A DNA stretch of 32,000 nucleotides from Methylorubrum extorquens (GCA_900234795.1 LT962688.1:2010001-2042000), one strand, 5' to 3'. Counted from the first letter of the stretch, positions 1 through 7,707 are shown. The notes: generated by a model not told the origin, from the letters alone. Translations and numbers: made by a program.

Positions 1-1
1 C

Positions 2-466
2 GGGCGTGCGCGGGCGGATGACGTCGAGCGCCTGGAGCGCTTCCAAGTGAACGAAGTGACGGGCTTTGCGCGCGCTATTTCGCGGGCCAATCCCAACTTG
101 CTGGAGACACCGGCGAATTTCTTGGAAGAGGTGGCTCGCGCCGCCCGCCATGTTATTCACCAGCCGACAGTCAAACAGCTTGAGCGTGGACTTGAGCCGC
201 AGACGGGGTGGCCGGAAGCGATCACGGCAGCGCAGGATCTTCTGTCTGTTGTCGAGGCAGCCCTCGAAAGCAATAGCTTGATCGTAGGCTGGCGGAAGCT
301 CTCGGCAGGCGCAAAGGTGGATCCGAGGGTCACCGATGCGTTGGGCCGCGTCATAGCCGAGATCCAGGATCCGGACGCGCTGGAGGCCTTTCTGGGGCTT
401 GCTGATAAGGAGGTGGCCGAGCCTTCAACTCCTGTCCTAGCGGGCCGCCTGCGATCCCACCCCTGA
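2..466 (+). CDS. hypothetical protein, 5-prime truncated by window edge
   Basis: The frame is open from base 2, so the GTG at 47 used in the ORF track is probably internal. Stop at 464-466. GC (about 60%) is lower than the rest of the window. No motif recognised. Confidence 0.5.
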   Translation, partial: GRARADDVERLERFQVNEVTGFARAISRANPNLLETPANFLEEVARAARHVIHQPTVKQLERGLEPQTGWPEAITAAQDLLSVVEAALESNSLIVGWRKLSAGAKVDPRVTDALGRVIAEIQDPDALEAFLGLADKEVAEPSTPVLAGRLRSHP

Positions 467-522
467 GCCGACCGACGATCGTTACGACGTCATACGCTCG
501 ACAAGCCGACACGACCCTCGAG

Positions 523-544
523 TTGTTCACAGCTTCGTGAACAA
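523..544. repeat. perfect 8-bp inverted repeat TTGTTCAC-N6-GTGAACAA
   Basis: Read directly from the sequence, 57 nt after the stop at 466. No T-tract follows, so it is either a weak terminator or an operator-like palindrome. Confidence 0.35.
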
Positions 545-785
545 GCCCTAGAGCGGTGCTGTCGGCCTCGCTGGCCGGCTCATCACCAAGACACGGAAAA
601 AGTGACACCGGGTAGCCGGACCTAGCATGGACGGTCCGATGCGCCCCACTCTCGGGCCTGATTTTCGCCTTTGCTGCCAAATCTCTCGGCTGCTTCGAGG
701 CGGGCTCAACTTTTGAAAGACTTTGTAGACAGGTCGCTGAGGTGTGACATCATGATCTAAGTCGAAATTAATTTGGGTCTGCCGC

Positions 786-953
786 ATGCTGTTCACACTA
801 GAAGACATCCCGCAGATGACGCCCCCTGTAAAGGAGCACCCGAGGCCGAAGGCGCGACGCAAAAGAGCACGCAAGCCGCAGCAACTCTGCCTGCTTGACC
901 TTCTCGCCCCGACAATGCTGGTGCCGAGGACGCATAAGCAGGTCATCAACTGA
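786..953 (+). CDS. possible small basic protein (55 aa), below the ORF-track cutoff
   Basis: ATG 786 to TGA 951-953. Translation: MLFTLEDIPQMTPPVKEHPRPKARRKRARKPQQLCLLDLLAPTMLVPRTHKQVIN. GC3 is about 74% within an AT-richer patch. It is followed 6 nt later by a GAGG-spaced GTG start. Confidence 0.3.
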   Translation: MLFTLEDIPQMTPPVKEHPRPKARRKRARKPQQLCLLDLLAPTMLVPRTHKQVIN

Positions 954-959
954 GGTTAG

Positions 960-1241
960 GTGACGCCAACAGTGGCGACTGGCGTCAACCGGATCCGCGT
1001 CGCTAACTGGCTGCTCTGGCTGCGCTTCCTCAAACGGGGCGGCGCCTGGCGGCTGCGCTGCATCCGTAAGGGGCGGCTCTCGGGCCGGATCCAGGGCACC
1101 GCCGAGGCGCCCGACGATCCTACCGCCGACGGGAGTGCCCGGTGCCGGATTTGCATCGCCGGGACCGGCTTCGCCGCGCTCTTTGAGCACTTCTTCTGGG
1201 GCGCGCGGGCCACGAGCCAGGGCGGGATCCCTGGCTTCTGA
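960..1241 (+). CDS. hypothetical protein (93 aa)
   Basis: GTG 960 is preceded by GAGG (953-956). Third-position GC is high. First-position G (about 37%) favours the plus strand over the antisense ORF 956-1213 that shares the same wobble positions. A hairpin follows at 1262-1284. Confidence 0.35.
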   Translation: MTPTVATGVNRIRVANWLLWLRFLKRGGAWRLRCIRKGRLSGRIQGTAEAPDDPTADGSARCRICIAGTGFAALFEHFFWGARATSQGGIPGF

Positions 1242-1261
1242 GCCTCGTCGGCGCCACCGAA

Positions 1262-1284
1262 GGGTCCGCACAGTCTGCGGGCCC
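1262..1284 (+). terminator. hairpin GGGTCCGCA-cagtc-TGCGGGCCC after ORF 960-1241
   Basis: 9-bp stem (one T-G wobble) and 5-nt loop, starting 20 nt after the stop. Only a weak T-rich tail (TTCATC) follows. Confidence 0.35.
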
Positions 1285-1327
1285 TTCATCACATCAAGGG
1301 GTTAGCCCCACCCAGGATACCTGCGGC

Positions 1328-1684
1328 ATGTTGCATATCATTTCTCCAGAGGACCGCCGCGCCGCCGAGCGCGACCGCCGGATCGCCCGTGCTCGGGCCG
1401 AGGCGCGCCCGTCCGCGCAGGCGCTCGTTGCCGAGGCCGGCCGCGCCGGGAACGGCGGCCCGCCCATGCTCGCCTCGGCGGCCGAGATCCGGGCGATCGG
1501 CGAGCTCCTCTACGGAAGGCGCTGGACGACCGAGCTCGCCGAGGCCCTTGGCGAGGACCCGCGCCAGGTCAGGCGCTGGCTCTCCGGCGAGGCCGCCGTT
1601 CCCGATCGGGCGGTCCGCTGGTCGCGCGAGGCCGCCCGGCGCCGGGCTCGGGAGATCCTCGCGCTCGTCGGCGACGAGGCCTAG
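1328..1684 (+). CDS. XRE/Cro-like helix-turn-helix protein (118 aa)
   Basis: High GC3. The segment GRRWTTELAEALGEDPRQVRRWLSGEAAVP fits the XRE HTH pattern (xxELAxxLGxxxxxVxxWxxGxxxP). It is paralogous to ORF 11316-11678. An alternative start at the internal Met (about aa 47) is possible. Confidence 0.6.
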   Translation: MLHIISPEDRRAAERDRRIARARAEARPSAQALVAEAGRAGNGGPPMLASAAEIRAIGELLYGRRWTTELAEALGEDPRQVRRWLSGEAAVPDRAVRWSREAARRRAREILALVGDEA

Positions 1685-2511
1685 AGCGCGAGGACGAGGG
1701 CGGGATCGAACGAGGGGTTTTCGAGCTCGACGATCCAGTCGCCGTTGCGCCGCCGGTGCGAGGTGTCGTGCCCGCGCGGGTTGGCGAGCACGCGCGTCCG
1801 GCCGACCCGATAATCCCTGCTCGCGTGCACGTGCCCGTGGATCCAGATGTCCGGCGCGTGCTCGCCCTTCAGGATCGAGGAGAGGTCCGAGGCGTAGGCC
1901 GCGTCGATGGGCTCGCGAACCTCGCCGTGCAGGAGCGACCTCGGGTGCGGCGCGTGATGCGTGACGACGATCCGTGGGCCGGCCCAAGGCTCCGCGAGGC
2001 GCCGCTCGATCCGGGCGCGGTGCTCCGCGTGGAGCGCTGCCGCGGCCGGCGGCCGGAACGGGGCGGGCGTCCCGAGCCGGTCGCGGCACTGGATGCGGCG
2101 GTGATCCCGCATGCCGACCTGCCGGTCCCCGGCGACCCGCATCGCGAGCGCCCGATGCTCAGCGCCCGCGACGGCGTAGTCGGTCCACATCGTGGCCCCG
2201 ATGATTTCGACCCCGTCGACGTGCCGGGCCTGCCCGCAATCGAGCAAGGTGATGTCGTGCTCGATGGCGGCGTCCCGGCCCCGGGAGATCTCGTCGGGCA
2301 GGCGGCAGCGCCAGAGGTCGTGATTGCCGGGGATGTAGACGACGGCCCGCGCGCGCGGGCGGACATGCTCGGCCAGCCACGGGATGGAGCGCCGGGTCAA
2401 CCCGTCGGCGACGTCGCCGGCGACGATCGCCAGGTCGACCCGCGGCCCCGGCGGCGGCGTCCACGGGCTCGCGTCGATGTGCAGGTCGCTCAGGATCCAG
2501 ACACTCGGCAT
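1681..2511 (-). CDS. calcineurin-like metallophosphoesterase (276 aa)
   Basis: All five MPE motifs are present: LSDLHID, AGDVAD, PGNHD, VVTHHAP, HGHVH. Start trimmed from the track ORF to ATG 2511 (MPSVWILSDLH). Its start shares one nt with the upstream gene's stop (TGATG). Confidence 0.85.
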   Translation of the reverse strand: MPSVWILSDLHIDASPWTPPPGPRVDLAIVAGDVADGLTRRSIPWLAEHVRPRARAVVYIPGNHDLWRCRLPDEISRGRDAAIEHDITLLDCGQARHVDGVEIIGATMWTDYAVAGAEHRALAMRVAGDRQVGMRDHRRIQCRDRLGTPAPFRPPAAAALHAEHRARIERRLAEPWAGPRIVVTHHAPHPRSLLHGEVREPIDAAYASDLSSILKGEHAPDIWIHGHVHASRDYRVGRTRVLANPRGHDTSHRRRNGDWIVELENPSFDPALVLAL

Positions 2512-2843
2512 CACTCGCTCCCCTCGCACCACGCCGTCCCATCCGCCTCGAACCAGGCCGCGGCCGCCCGCACGACGACCCGCCCATCGCACCTGAAGCC
2601 CGGCTCCTCGACCCGGTACCGGAGCCGTCGCGCGCCCGCCGGCCGGGGCAGGTCGGAGAGCTCGCCCGACGCCCAGGCATGGACGTCCCGAGCCCCGGAC
2701 CGCAGGCACCGGATCCGGGCCGCCTCTCTCGCCCGGAACGTCGCGCCGACGAGGGCGACGTCGAGCCGGTGGCCGACGACCCGTCCGCATTCCCGGACGC
2801 TCCAGAGTCGCCGCGACCGGTTACGGTAGACCTCAACTGCCAC
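2511..2843 (-). CDS. hypothetical protein (110 aa)
   Basis: ORF with high GC3. Its stop overlaps the phosphoesterase start, and it overlaps the upstream gene by 11 nt. No domain recognised. Confidence 0.6.
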   Translation of the reverse strand: MAVEVYRNRSRRLWSVRECGRVVGHRLDVALVGATFRAREAARIRCLRSGARDVHAWASGELSDLPRPAGARRLRYRVEEPGFRCDGRVVVRAAAAWFEADGTAWCEGSE

Positions 2844-3453
2844 CGGCGATCCGCCTGCCGTTCGCGTGCTCCTGGCAGAGGCAGCGCAGCCACCCGCCCT
2901 GTCGGATCCGGCCTGGGCGCCCGCACTCCTCGCAGATGAAGGCGGACAGGTGCTCGACGCTGTCTACTAGGGACTGCGTGTATTCGTAGTCGTCGCTGCA
3001 GTCGTAGTACCATCGAATACTGCCGAATTTCTCCTTCGCCTGTGTCGTGCGGAACCCGGCCGGAACGCCGCGCTCCTGCAGGACCTCGGCCGCCGCTTCC
3101 CATAGCCAGCGCCATCCGCCGCCGCACTCGAACGGGCTGTCCCGGAAGACGACGCGGTGGCGCCGGCCGAGCTTCTCAGCCCAGTCGGGCGGGCAGCGGG
3201 GCGCGCCATCGCGCCAACGGCAGGCGAGCACGCGGGCGAGCAGGTCGAGGAGGAACGGGCCGGGGACCGGGCCGACGAACGTCGCGCCCCCGGGCTGCTC
3301 GGTGCGCTCGCGCTCTACGGCGAGGAGCGGTGCGCACCAGCGCGCGAGCGGGCCGTGCGGCGAGGGCTCGACGGCCACCACCGTGGCGCTGTCCGCGCCG
3401 CGGTGGTGGCGCAGGGCCGGGCCGGCGATGTTGAGGAATTCTTCGGCGATCAT
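2833..3453 (-). CDS. hypothetical protein (206 aa) with Cys/His-rich C-terminus
   Basis: Start trimmed to ATG 3453 (MIAEEFLNIAG), which forms an ATGA overlap with the upstream gene. The C-terminus carries KEKFGSIRWYY and FICEECGRPG...WLRCLCQEH, a putative zinc-binding motif. Confidence 0.65.
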   Translation of the reverse strand: MIAEEFLNIAGPALRHHRGADSATVVAVEPSPHGPLARWCAPLLAVERERTEQPGGATFVGPVPGPFLLDLLARVLACRWRDGAPRCPPDWAEKLGRRHRVVFRDSPFECGGGWRWLWEAAAEVLQERGVPAGFRTTQAKEKFGSIRWYYDCSDDYEYTQSLVDSVEHLSAFICEECGRPGRIRQGGWLRCLCQEHANGRRIAGGS

Positions 3454-3677
3454 AGCGGCGGCTCCGGCGGCAGGGGGGCGAGGCAGAAGGCGAGGGCTTC
3501 GGTCTCCAGCGTGAGGCGGAGGCCGACGGCGGGATCGAGCCGGCCGGCCTCGACGAGGCGGCTGATGCGGACGACGCGGGCGCGGCAGCCGCGGCCGACG
3601 AGGCTGCAGATCCGGCCGCTCTCCCAGGCGGCCTGGATCCGGGAGGCGATCGCGTCGAGGGGTTCGGTGCTCTCCAT
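3450..3677 (-). CDS. hypothetical protein (75 aa)
   Basis: Strong RBS AAGGAGAGAGAG upstream of ATG 3677. ATGA overlap with the next gene. Confidence 0.55.
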   Translation of the reverse strand: MESTEPLDAIASRIQAAWESGRICSLVGRGCRARVVRISRLVEAGRLDPAVGLRLTLETEALAFCLAPLPPEPPL

Positions 3678-3728
3678 GGGGCTCTCTCTCCTTCCTGTTG
3701 GCGTGCTGGGGAGGTCCGCGGATCCGTT

Positions 3729-3995
3729 TCACGACCTCTCCTCCCGCGGCTGGCGGCGGTCGTCCGGATTTGCGGGCAGCGCCTCGGCGAGGCGGGTCAC
3801 GGCCTGGCAGAGCAGCCGGGCGTCCGACGGCGCGTAGAGGCCGAGGGCGTACGCGCGGGCCCCGAGCTGCAGGATCGCGACCGCGCACGTGGCCAGCTCG
3901 GGCCGGACGAGGCCCGAGCTGTCGCGGCCGCGCACCTGCGAGAGGGCGGCGTCGAGGACGGGCAGGCGGGCGCGGGTCGGGCGTTGGGCGGTCAT
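3729..3995 (-). CDS. hypothetical protein (88 aa)
   Basis: Trimmed to the internal ATG 3995 (MTAQRPTRARL), which is preceded by GGAGAC. The upstream extension in the track is R/P-rich and overlaps the ATPase gene. Confidence 0.5.
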   Translation of the reverse strand: MTAQRPTRARLPVLDAALSQVRGRDSSGLVRPELATCAVAILQLGARAYALGLYAPSDARLLCQAVTRLAEALPANPDDRRQPREERS

Positions 3996-4036
3996 GACGG
4001 TCTCCGGGCGTGAGGGGGAGTAGGCGAAGGGGAAGG

Positions 4037-5701
4037 TCAGTGCCGGGGCGCGAAGGTTTCGCGGCTCGCGAGGACGGCCTCGACCATGCGGCGGAGCGGG
4101 CGCAGGCTGCCGCCTCGCCATGCCGTGAGGGCGTCGAGCTCATCACCCGAGAGCGATGGGCACCACACGTCGTCGAGGCCGCGCTCGCGCCGGAGCTCGG
4201 CGAGGATCGCGGCGGCGGCGACGGGCAGGTCCTCCGCCCGCGGTGCCGGCCACTGCAGGACCTGACAGCGGTCGCGCAGCGGGCCGGCGAGCCCGTCGAG
4301 CGAGTTGGCGGTCAGGACGTACGAGACGGCCGACAGGTCGAGGGCGCACTCGAAGGCCGGGTCGAAGATCGCCTTCGCCGTGCTGCCCCGCTCCAGGAAG
4401 GGCAGCAGGGTCTCGTCGAGGCGGCCCCATCGCCGGCTGTCGCCTGCCTTCTCGACCTCGTCGACCACCACGCCGTGGTTCGCCTTGCCTAGCCGCAGGC
4501 ATGCCTGGGCCGGCACGGACGGACGCCAGGATCCCCATTGACGCGATGTTCCGGCCCAGCTGCCGCCGTCCATCTGGCCTGCACCGCCGTAGACGGTGAC
4601 GTCGAGCCCGGCCGCCTCCAGCACCGCTCGGGCGAACGCCGTCTTCCCGCAGCCTGCCGGGCCGACGAGGATGCGCGGCGAGAACCGAGCGAAGGGGGCG
4701 CCGACGAGGTCGGCCGCGTAGGCCTCGATCGCCTCGGCCGCCCACGGGAAGCGGACGCGCAGGCCCTCGGCGAAGGCGGACGGATCGGGCGCCGGCGTGA
4801 GCGGCATCGGCTTGCCAGCCCACGGCTCCGCGAGCGCGCGCGGGCTGTCGCCCCGGTCACGGATGGACTTCGGGGGCTCGGGAAGATGCGTCATCACGGG
4901 GATGACCGGCATCGAAAGCGCCGGCCGGGCGGCCTTCGCCTCGGTAAGGATCGACTCGACCGTGCGTGCCGGCGCCGCCTCGGGCGCGGGCAGTCCGAAG
5001 TCGAAGTCCAGGTCGCCGTCCTGCACGGCCGCGGCCTGCTGCCCGGCGCCGCCGCGCAGGATTGCGTCCTCATCTTCGACCATCCGGAGCGCAGCCCCGA
5101 AGACGGTGAAGGCCTGGATCCAGGCGGCCGCCTCGACGTCGAACGTCTCCAGCCTGGGGTAGCTCGGCCCGGGCACGTAGGGGACATCCCGCGCGGTGCA
5201 CTGTGCATCCTCGGCCCGCAGGAGCGCGTGCCGGGTCACGAGGAACGCCCGGTCGAACAGGCGGGCTCGGACCTGCGCGGCCGCCATCGAGAACAGCTCG
5301 GCCGCGAGCCGGGCGCTCGCGACCTCGCAGCCGAGCTCCGCCTGATGGAAGACGAGGACACCGGCGACGTCCCGCACGAGGGCCATCGTCGGGGTCGGCA
5401 GGCTCGCGCGGAGGGCCTCACCGGTGAGGCGCCGCTCCAGGTCGGCGATCCGGCCGACCGTGGCGTCCTCGAAGGCGGCGGTCACCGCGGCGTGCGTGCG
5501 GTCGCGCAGGCCCGGCGCGCCGAGGAGCGGCTGCAGGCGCAGGCGCAGATCGGCGACGGCGTCGTGCCCGGCCATGCCGCCCCCGTACAGGAGCTGCACC
5601 CGGGTGCGGGTGCCCTGCCCGTCGCGGGGGCCGGCGTAATCGCGCGGATCGAGGATGACGGCGCGCACGGCGGCGGCCGACGACGAGGCGTTCTTGGGCA
5701 T
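4037..5701 (-). CDS. AAA+ ATPase with Lon-type ATPase module, no protease domain (554 aa)
   Basis: Walker A is GPAGCGKT and Walker B is VVVDEVEKA. The stretch DLSAVSYVLTANSLDGLAGPLRDRCQVL is collinear with the Lon AAA+ module (DLS..F..TAN....P.PLRDRME.I). The protein ends about 90 aa after this, so there is no room for a protease domain. The N-terminal 340 aa or so are unrecognised. Confidence 0.85.
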   Translation of the reverse strand: MPKNASSSAAAVRAVILDPRDYAGPRDGQGTRTRVQLLYGGGMAGHDAVADLRLRLQPLLGAPGLRDRTHAAVTAAFEDATVGRIADLERRLTGEALRASLPTPTMALVRDVAGVLVFHQAELGCEVASARLAAELFSMAAAQVRARLFDRAFLVTRHALLRAEDAQCTARDVPYVPGPSYPRLETFDVEAAAWIQAFTVFGAALRMVEDEDAILRGGAGQQAAAVQDGDLDFDFGLPAPEAAPARTVESILTEAKAARPALSMPVIPVMTHLPEPPKSIRDRGDSPRALAEPWAGKPMPLTPAPDPSAFAEGLRVRFPWAAEAIEAYAADLVGAPFARFSPRILVGPAGCGKTAFARAVLEAAGLDVTVYGGAGQMDGGSWAGTSRQWGSWRPSVPAQACLRLGKANHGVVVDEVEKAGDSRRWGRLDETLLPFLERGSTAKAIFDPAFECALDLSAVSYVLTANSLDGLAGPLRDRCQVLQWPAPRAEDLPVAAAAILAELRRERGLDDVWCPSLSGDELDALTAWRGGSLRPLRRMVEAVLASRETFAPRH

Positions 5702-6080
5702 TGGGGGAGCTCGCAGGTACGGAAGGCGGGATGCGCGAAGGGCACCGAGCGGGTGGCTCAGGCGGCGGCGTTCCGTTTCCGTATCAAGCGAGCGGTCATC
5801 ACGGCGGGGGCGATCCCTGGCGAGTGGAGGGTCACGATGCCCTGGGCCCGACCCCGTGTCGAGCCGTTCCGTGCCGCGGGCTGTGGACGCCTCGCGGGCT
5901 GGTCAACGGGCGGTGAACCGGACCGCGCGAATCCGTCCGATCGCCCGCTGGACAATATGTCGCACCGGGCTCCGCCCCCGCTGGGACGCCTCTTCCCTCT
6001 AGGGGCCGCCCTTACGAATCAGGCCCGCTGCGAGATTTCGCGTACAGAGTCCAGTGCGAATCGCTGACGTGCGCTACCCT

Positions 6081-6092
6081 GATCCCGGGATC
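6081..6092. promoter_or_regulatory. 12-bp perfect palindrome GATCCCGGGATC, 18 nt upstream of the first gene of the plus-strand array
   Basis: Read directly. It lies in the 408-nt divergent intergenic region between the two operons. A role as an operator is inferred only. Confidence 0.25.
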
Positions 6093-6109
6093 ACGGGACG
6101 GGGTGGGAC

Positions 6110-6748
6110 ATGGCGCGAGTGCCGGAGTTCGTCGTGACGGGGGTGCACATCCCCCGGGTACATTTCTGGGCGCGGGTGCTTGTCGAGCCCGAGCGCCTGC
6201 AGCAAGTGAAGGACCTCGCCCTCCGGCAGGGGCAGATCTTCCTGAACCCGGGCGAGGTCCTTCAGGTCGACACCAGCGGGACACGCGAGAGGGAGCGGGC
6301 GCTCACGGTGTCGGGCTTCGAAACCGACACGCCCCGGCTGACCTGCCTCGTCGCATGGAACGAGATCGCGGGCGACATCACGATCTACGGAGACGACACG
6401 GACGACCTCCCGGTCATCGCCAGGTCTGTCGAGATCGCGCTCACCGGGATGGCCGCAGCGCAAGGGGGCGTGGCACTTCGCTTCGAGGGACTGACCTCGA
6501 TCCAGGTCGGGGACGTGCAGGTCTTCTTCCCCCGCAAGGAGGTAGAGGAGTTGAGCCCCGAGAGCGTGCTCAACCAGATCGAGGAGGAGCGGAGCTACTT
6601 CCGGTCGCGGGGGCATGCCTACCCGCCGGACGCCGCCGACGAGCCGGCCGCGCAGGATCCCGATCGCTATCCGTCGTCGGTCCTGAAGGCGGGTGAGAAG
6701 CTGCGGGCCCCGCGCGGCACCGCCATCCGCTCGGGGCGGTCGGCATGA
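6110..6748 (+). CDS. hypothetical protein (212 aa), first gene of the overlapping array
   Basis: ATG 6110 is preceded by GGGGTGGGA. High GC3. ATGA overlap with the next gene. Confidence 0.65.
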   Translation: MARVPEFVVTGVHIPRVHFWARVLVEPERLQQVKDLALRQGQIFLNPGEVLQVDTSGTRERERALTVSGFETDTPRLTCLVAWNEIAGDITIYGDDTDDLPVIARSVEIALTGMAAAQGGVALRFEGLTSIQVGDVQVFFPRKEVEELSPESVLNQIEEERSYFRSRGHAYPPDAADEPAAQDPDRYPSSVLKAGEKLRAPRGTAIRSGRSA

Positions 6749-6969
6749 CCCGGGCCTCGATCCCGCCCGAGCTGCGGGCCCGCCTGCACGCGAGGTTCCC
6801 CAAGTCGCCGCTGTGGGCGCCGGTCACCGAGCCGGCCCCTTCGCTGTGGGAGGTCATCCGCGCGGTGCTCGCCCGGGGCCGCGCCGACGGCCTCGACGAC
6901 GTGCAGCTCGCGGCCGGCGTCTACACCGCCCTGGTGAGCCATGGCCTGATGGACGGGGGGCGCGCGTGA
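6745..6969 (+). CDS. hypothetical protein (74 aa)
   Basis: ATGA overlap upstream and GTGA overlap downstream. High GC3. Confidence 0.55.
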   Translation: MTRASIPPELRARLHARFPKSPLWAPVTEPAPSLWEVIRAVLARGRADGLDDVQLAAGVYTALVSHGLMDGGRA

Positions 6970-7298
6970 TCGAGCTCTTCGACAAGCGACCTCGGAAGCT
7001 CGACATAATCGGGTTCAGCACCAACCGGTGGTCTGAGCCCGGCGGCGGCTCCGAGGGCGGCAGGGTCACCCTGGAGTAAAGGGACGGCGGCCGCGTCCGC
7101 TGCAGTCTTGAGGAGAAGGACCTCTGCTACCTCGACGACCTCGGCGCGCAGGTCCTCGCCGGCAGCCGGTACGAGCAGCTGCAGGCCGAGCACACAGCCC
7201 TGTGGCAGTTCGTGCAGGCGGCCTTCCCGGGCTTGAAGCTCACGGTCACCGAGGAGGCCGGCAAGCCGGTCTTCAGCCTGCACAGGAAGCCGGCATGA
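6966..7298 (+). pseudogene. ORF interrupted by an in-frame TAA (7077-7079); about 110 codons if read through
   Basis: GTG 6966 forms a GTGA overlap upstream. The same frame keeps strong GC3 bias after the TAA up to TGA 7296-7298, which forms an ATGA overlap with the next gene. There is no ATG/GTG/TTG in that frame until GTG 7212. Confidence 0.45.
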
Positions 7299-7543
7299 GC
7301 CGCGCCTTCTATGCCCTGACCCGGCCGAAGCAGATCGCCTTCCGCAGCGCCGTCGTCGGCATGCGGGACGGCCGCGCCCCCGAGGCGGCCCGGGAGGCCT
7401 GGGCCGCCCTCGACATCGGGGAGCATGCCCTCGACCGGACGCACGTGCTCGACCTCTTCGACATCGCCGAGGAGCGGCTCGCCCTCGTGCCGCCGGGGGA
7501 GCGCGAGCCGATCGCGGCCGCCCTGCTGGGAGGCTGCCCGTGA
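7295..7543 (+). CDS. hypothetical protein (82 aa)
   Basis: Trimmed to ATG 7295 (MSRAFYALTRPKQ). 4-nt overlaps on both sides. Confidence 0.55.
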   Translation: MSRAFYALTRPKQIAFRSAVVGMRDGRAPEAAREAWAALDIGEHALDRTHVLDLFDIAEERLALVPPGEREPIAAALLGGCP

Positions 7544-7707
7544 GCACGACCGACATGGTCCTCCTCGCCTCGGGCTGCCTCCTCATCATGGCGACATCGA
7601 TCGTCTACCTGGCCGCCCTCGTCGAGGGGCACCGCCCCCCGCTGAAGGGGCGCCTCGACGCCCTCATCCAGGCCGTCGCCGCGAAGAAGAAGGGGCCCTG
7701 CCCGTGA
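7540..7707 (+). CDS. small predicted membrane protein (55 aa), below the ORF-track cutoff
   Basis: GTG 7540 forms a GTGA overlap. Translation: VSTTDMVLLASGCLLIMATSIVYLAALVEGHRPPLKGRLDALIQAVAAKKKGPCP. It has one hydrophobic helix followed by a basic tail. GTGA overlap downstream. Confidence 0.45.
   Translation: MSTTDMVLLASGCLLIMATSIVYLAALVEGHRPPLKGRLDALIQAVAAKKKGPCP

Noticed and set aside
1289-3127. Several long overlapping ORFs (1289-2089 minus, 1756-2829 plus, 2159-3127 minus, 1869-2366 minus)
   Set aside because: All are alternative frames of the HTH, phosphoesterase and neighbouring genes. The products are Arg/Pro/Ala-rich, and the motif-bearing frames explain the GC3 periodicity.
2833-4146. 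Single 437-aa minus-strand ORF
   Set aside because: Only the C-terminal 206 aa looks protein-like. The N-terminal part is R/P-rich and overlaps two separately supported small genes in other frames (3450-3677 with a strong RBS, and 3729-3995).
4538-6067. 509-aa plus-strand ORF
   Set aside because: It is antisense to the AAA+ ATPase gene, which carries Walker A/B and Lon-type motifs. It has no motifs of its own.
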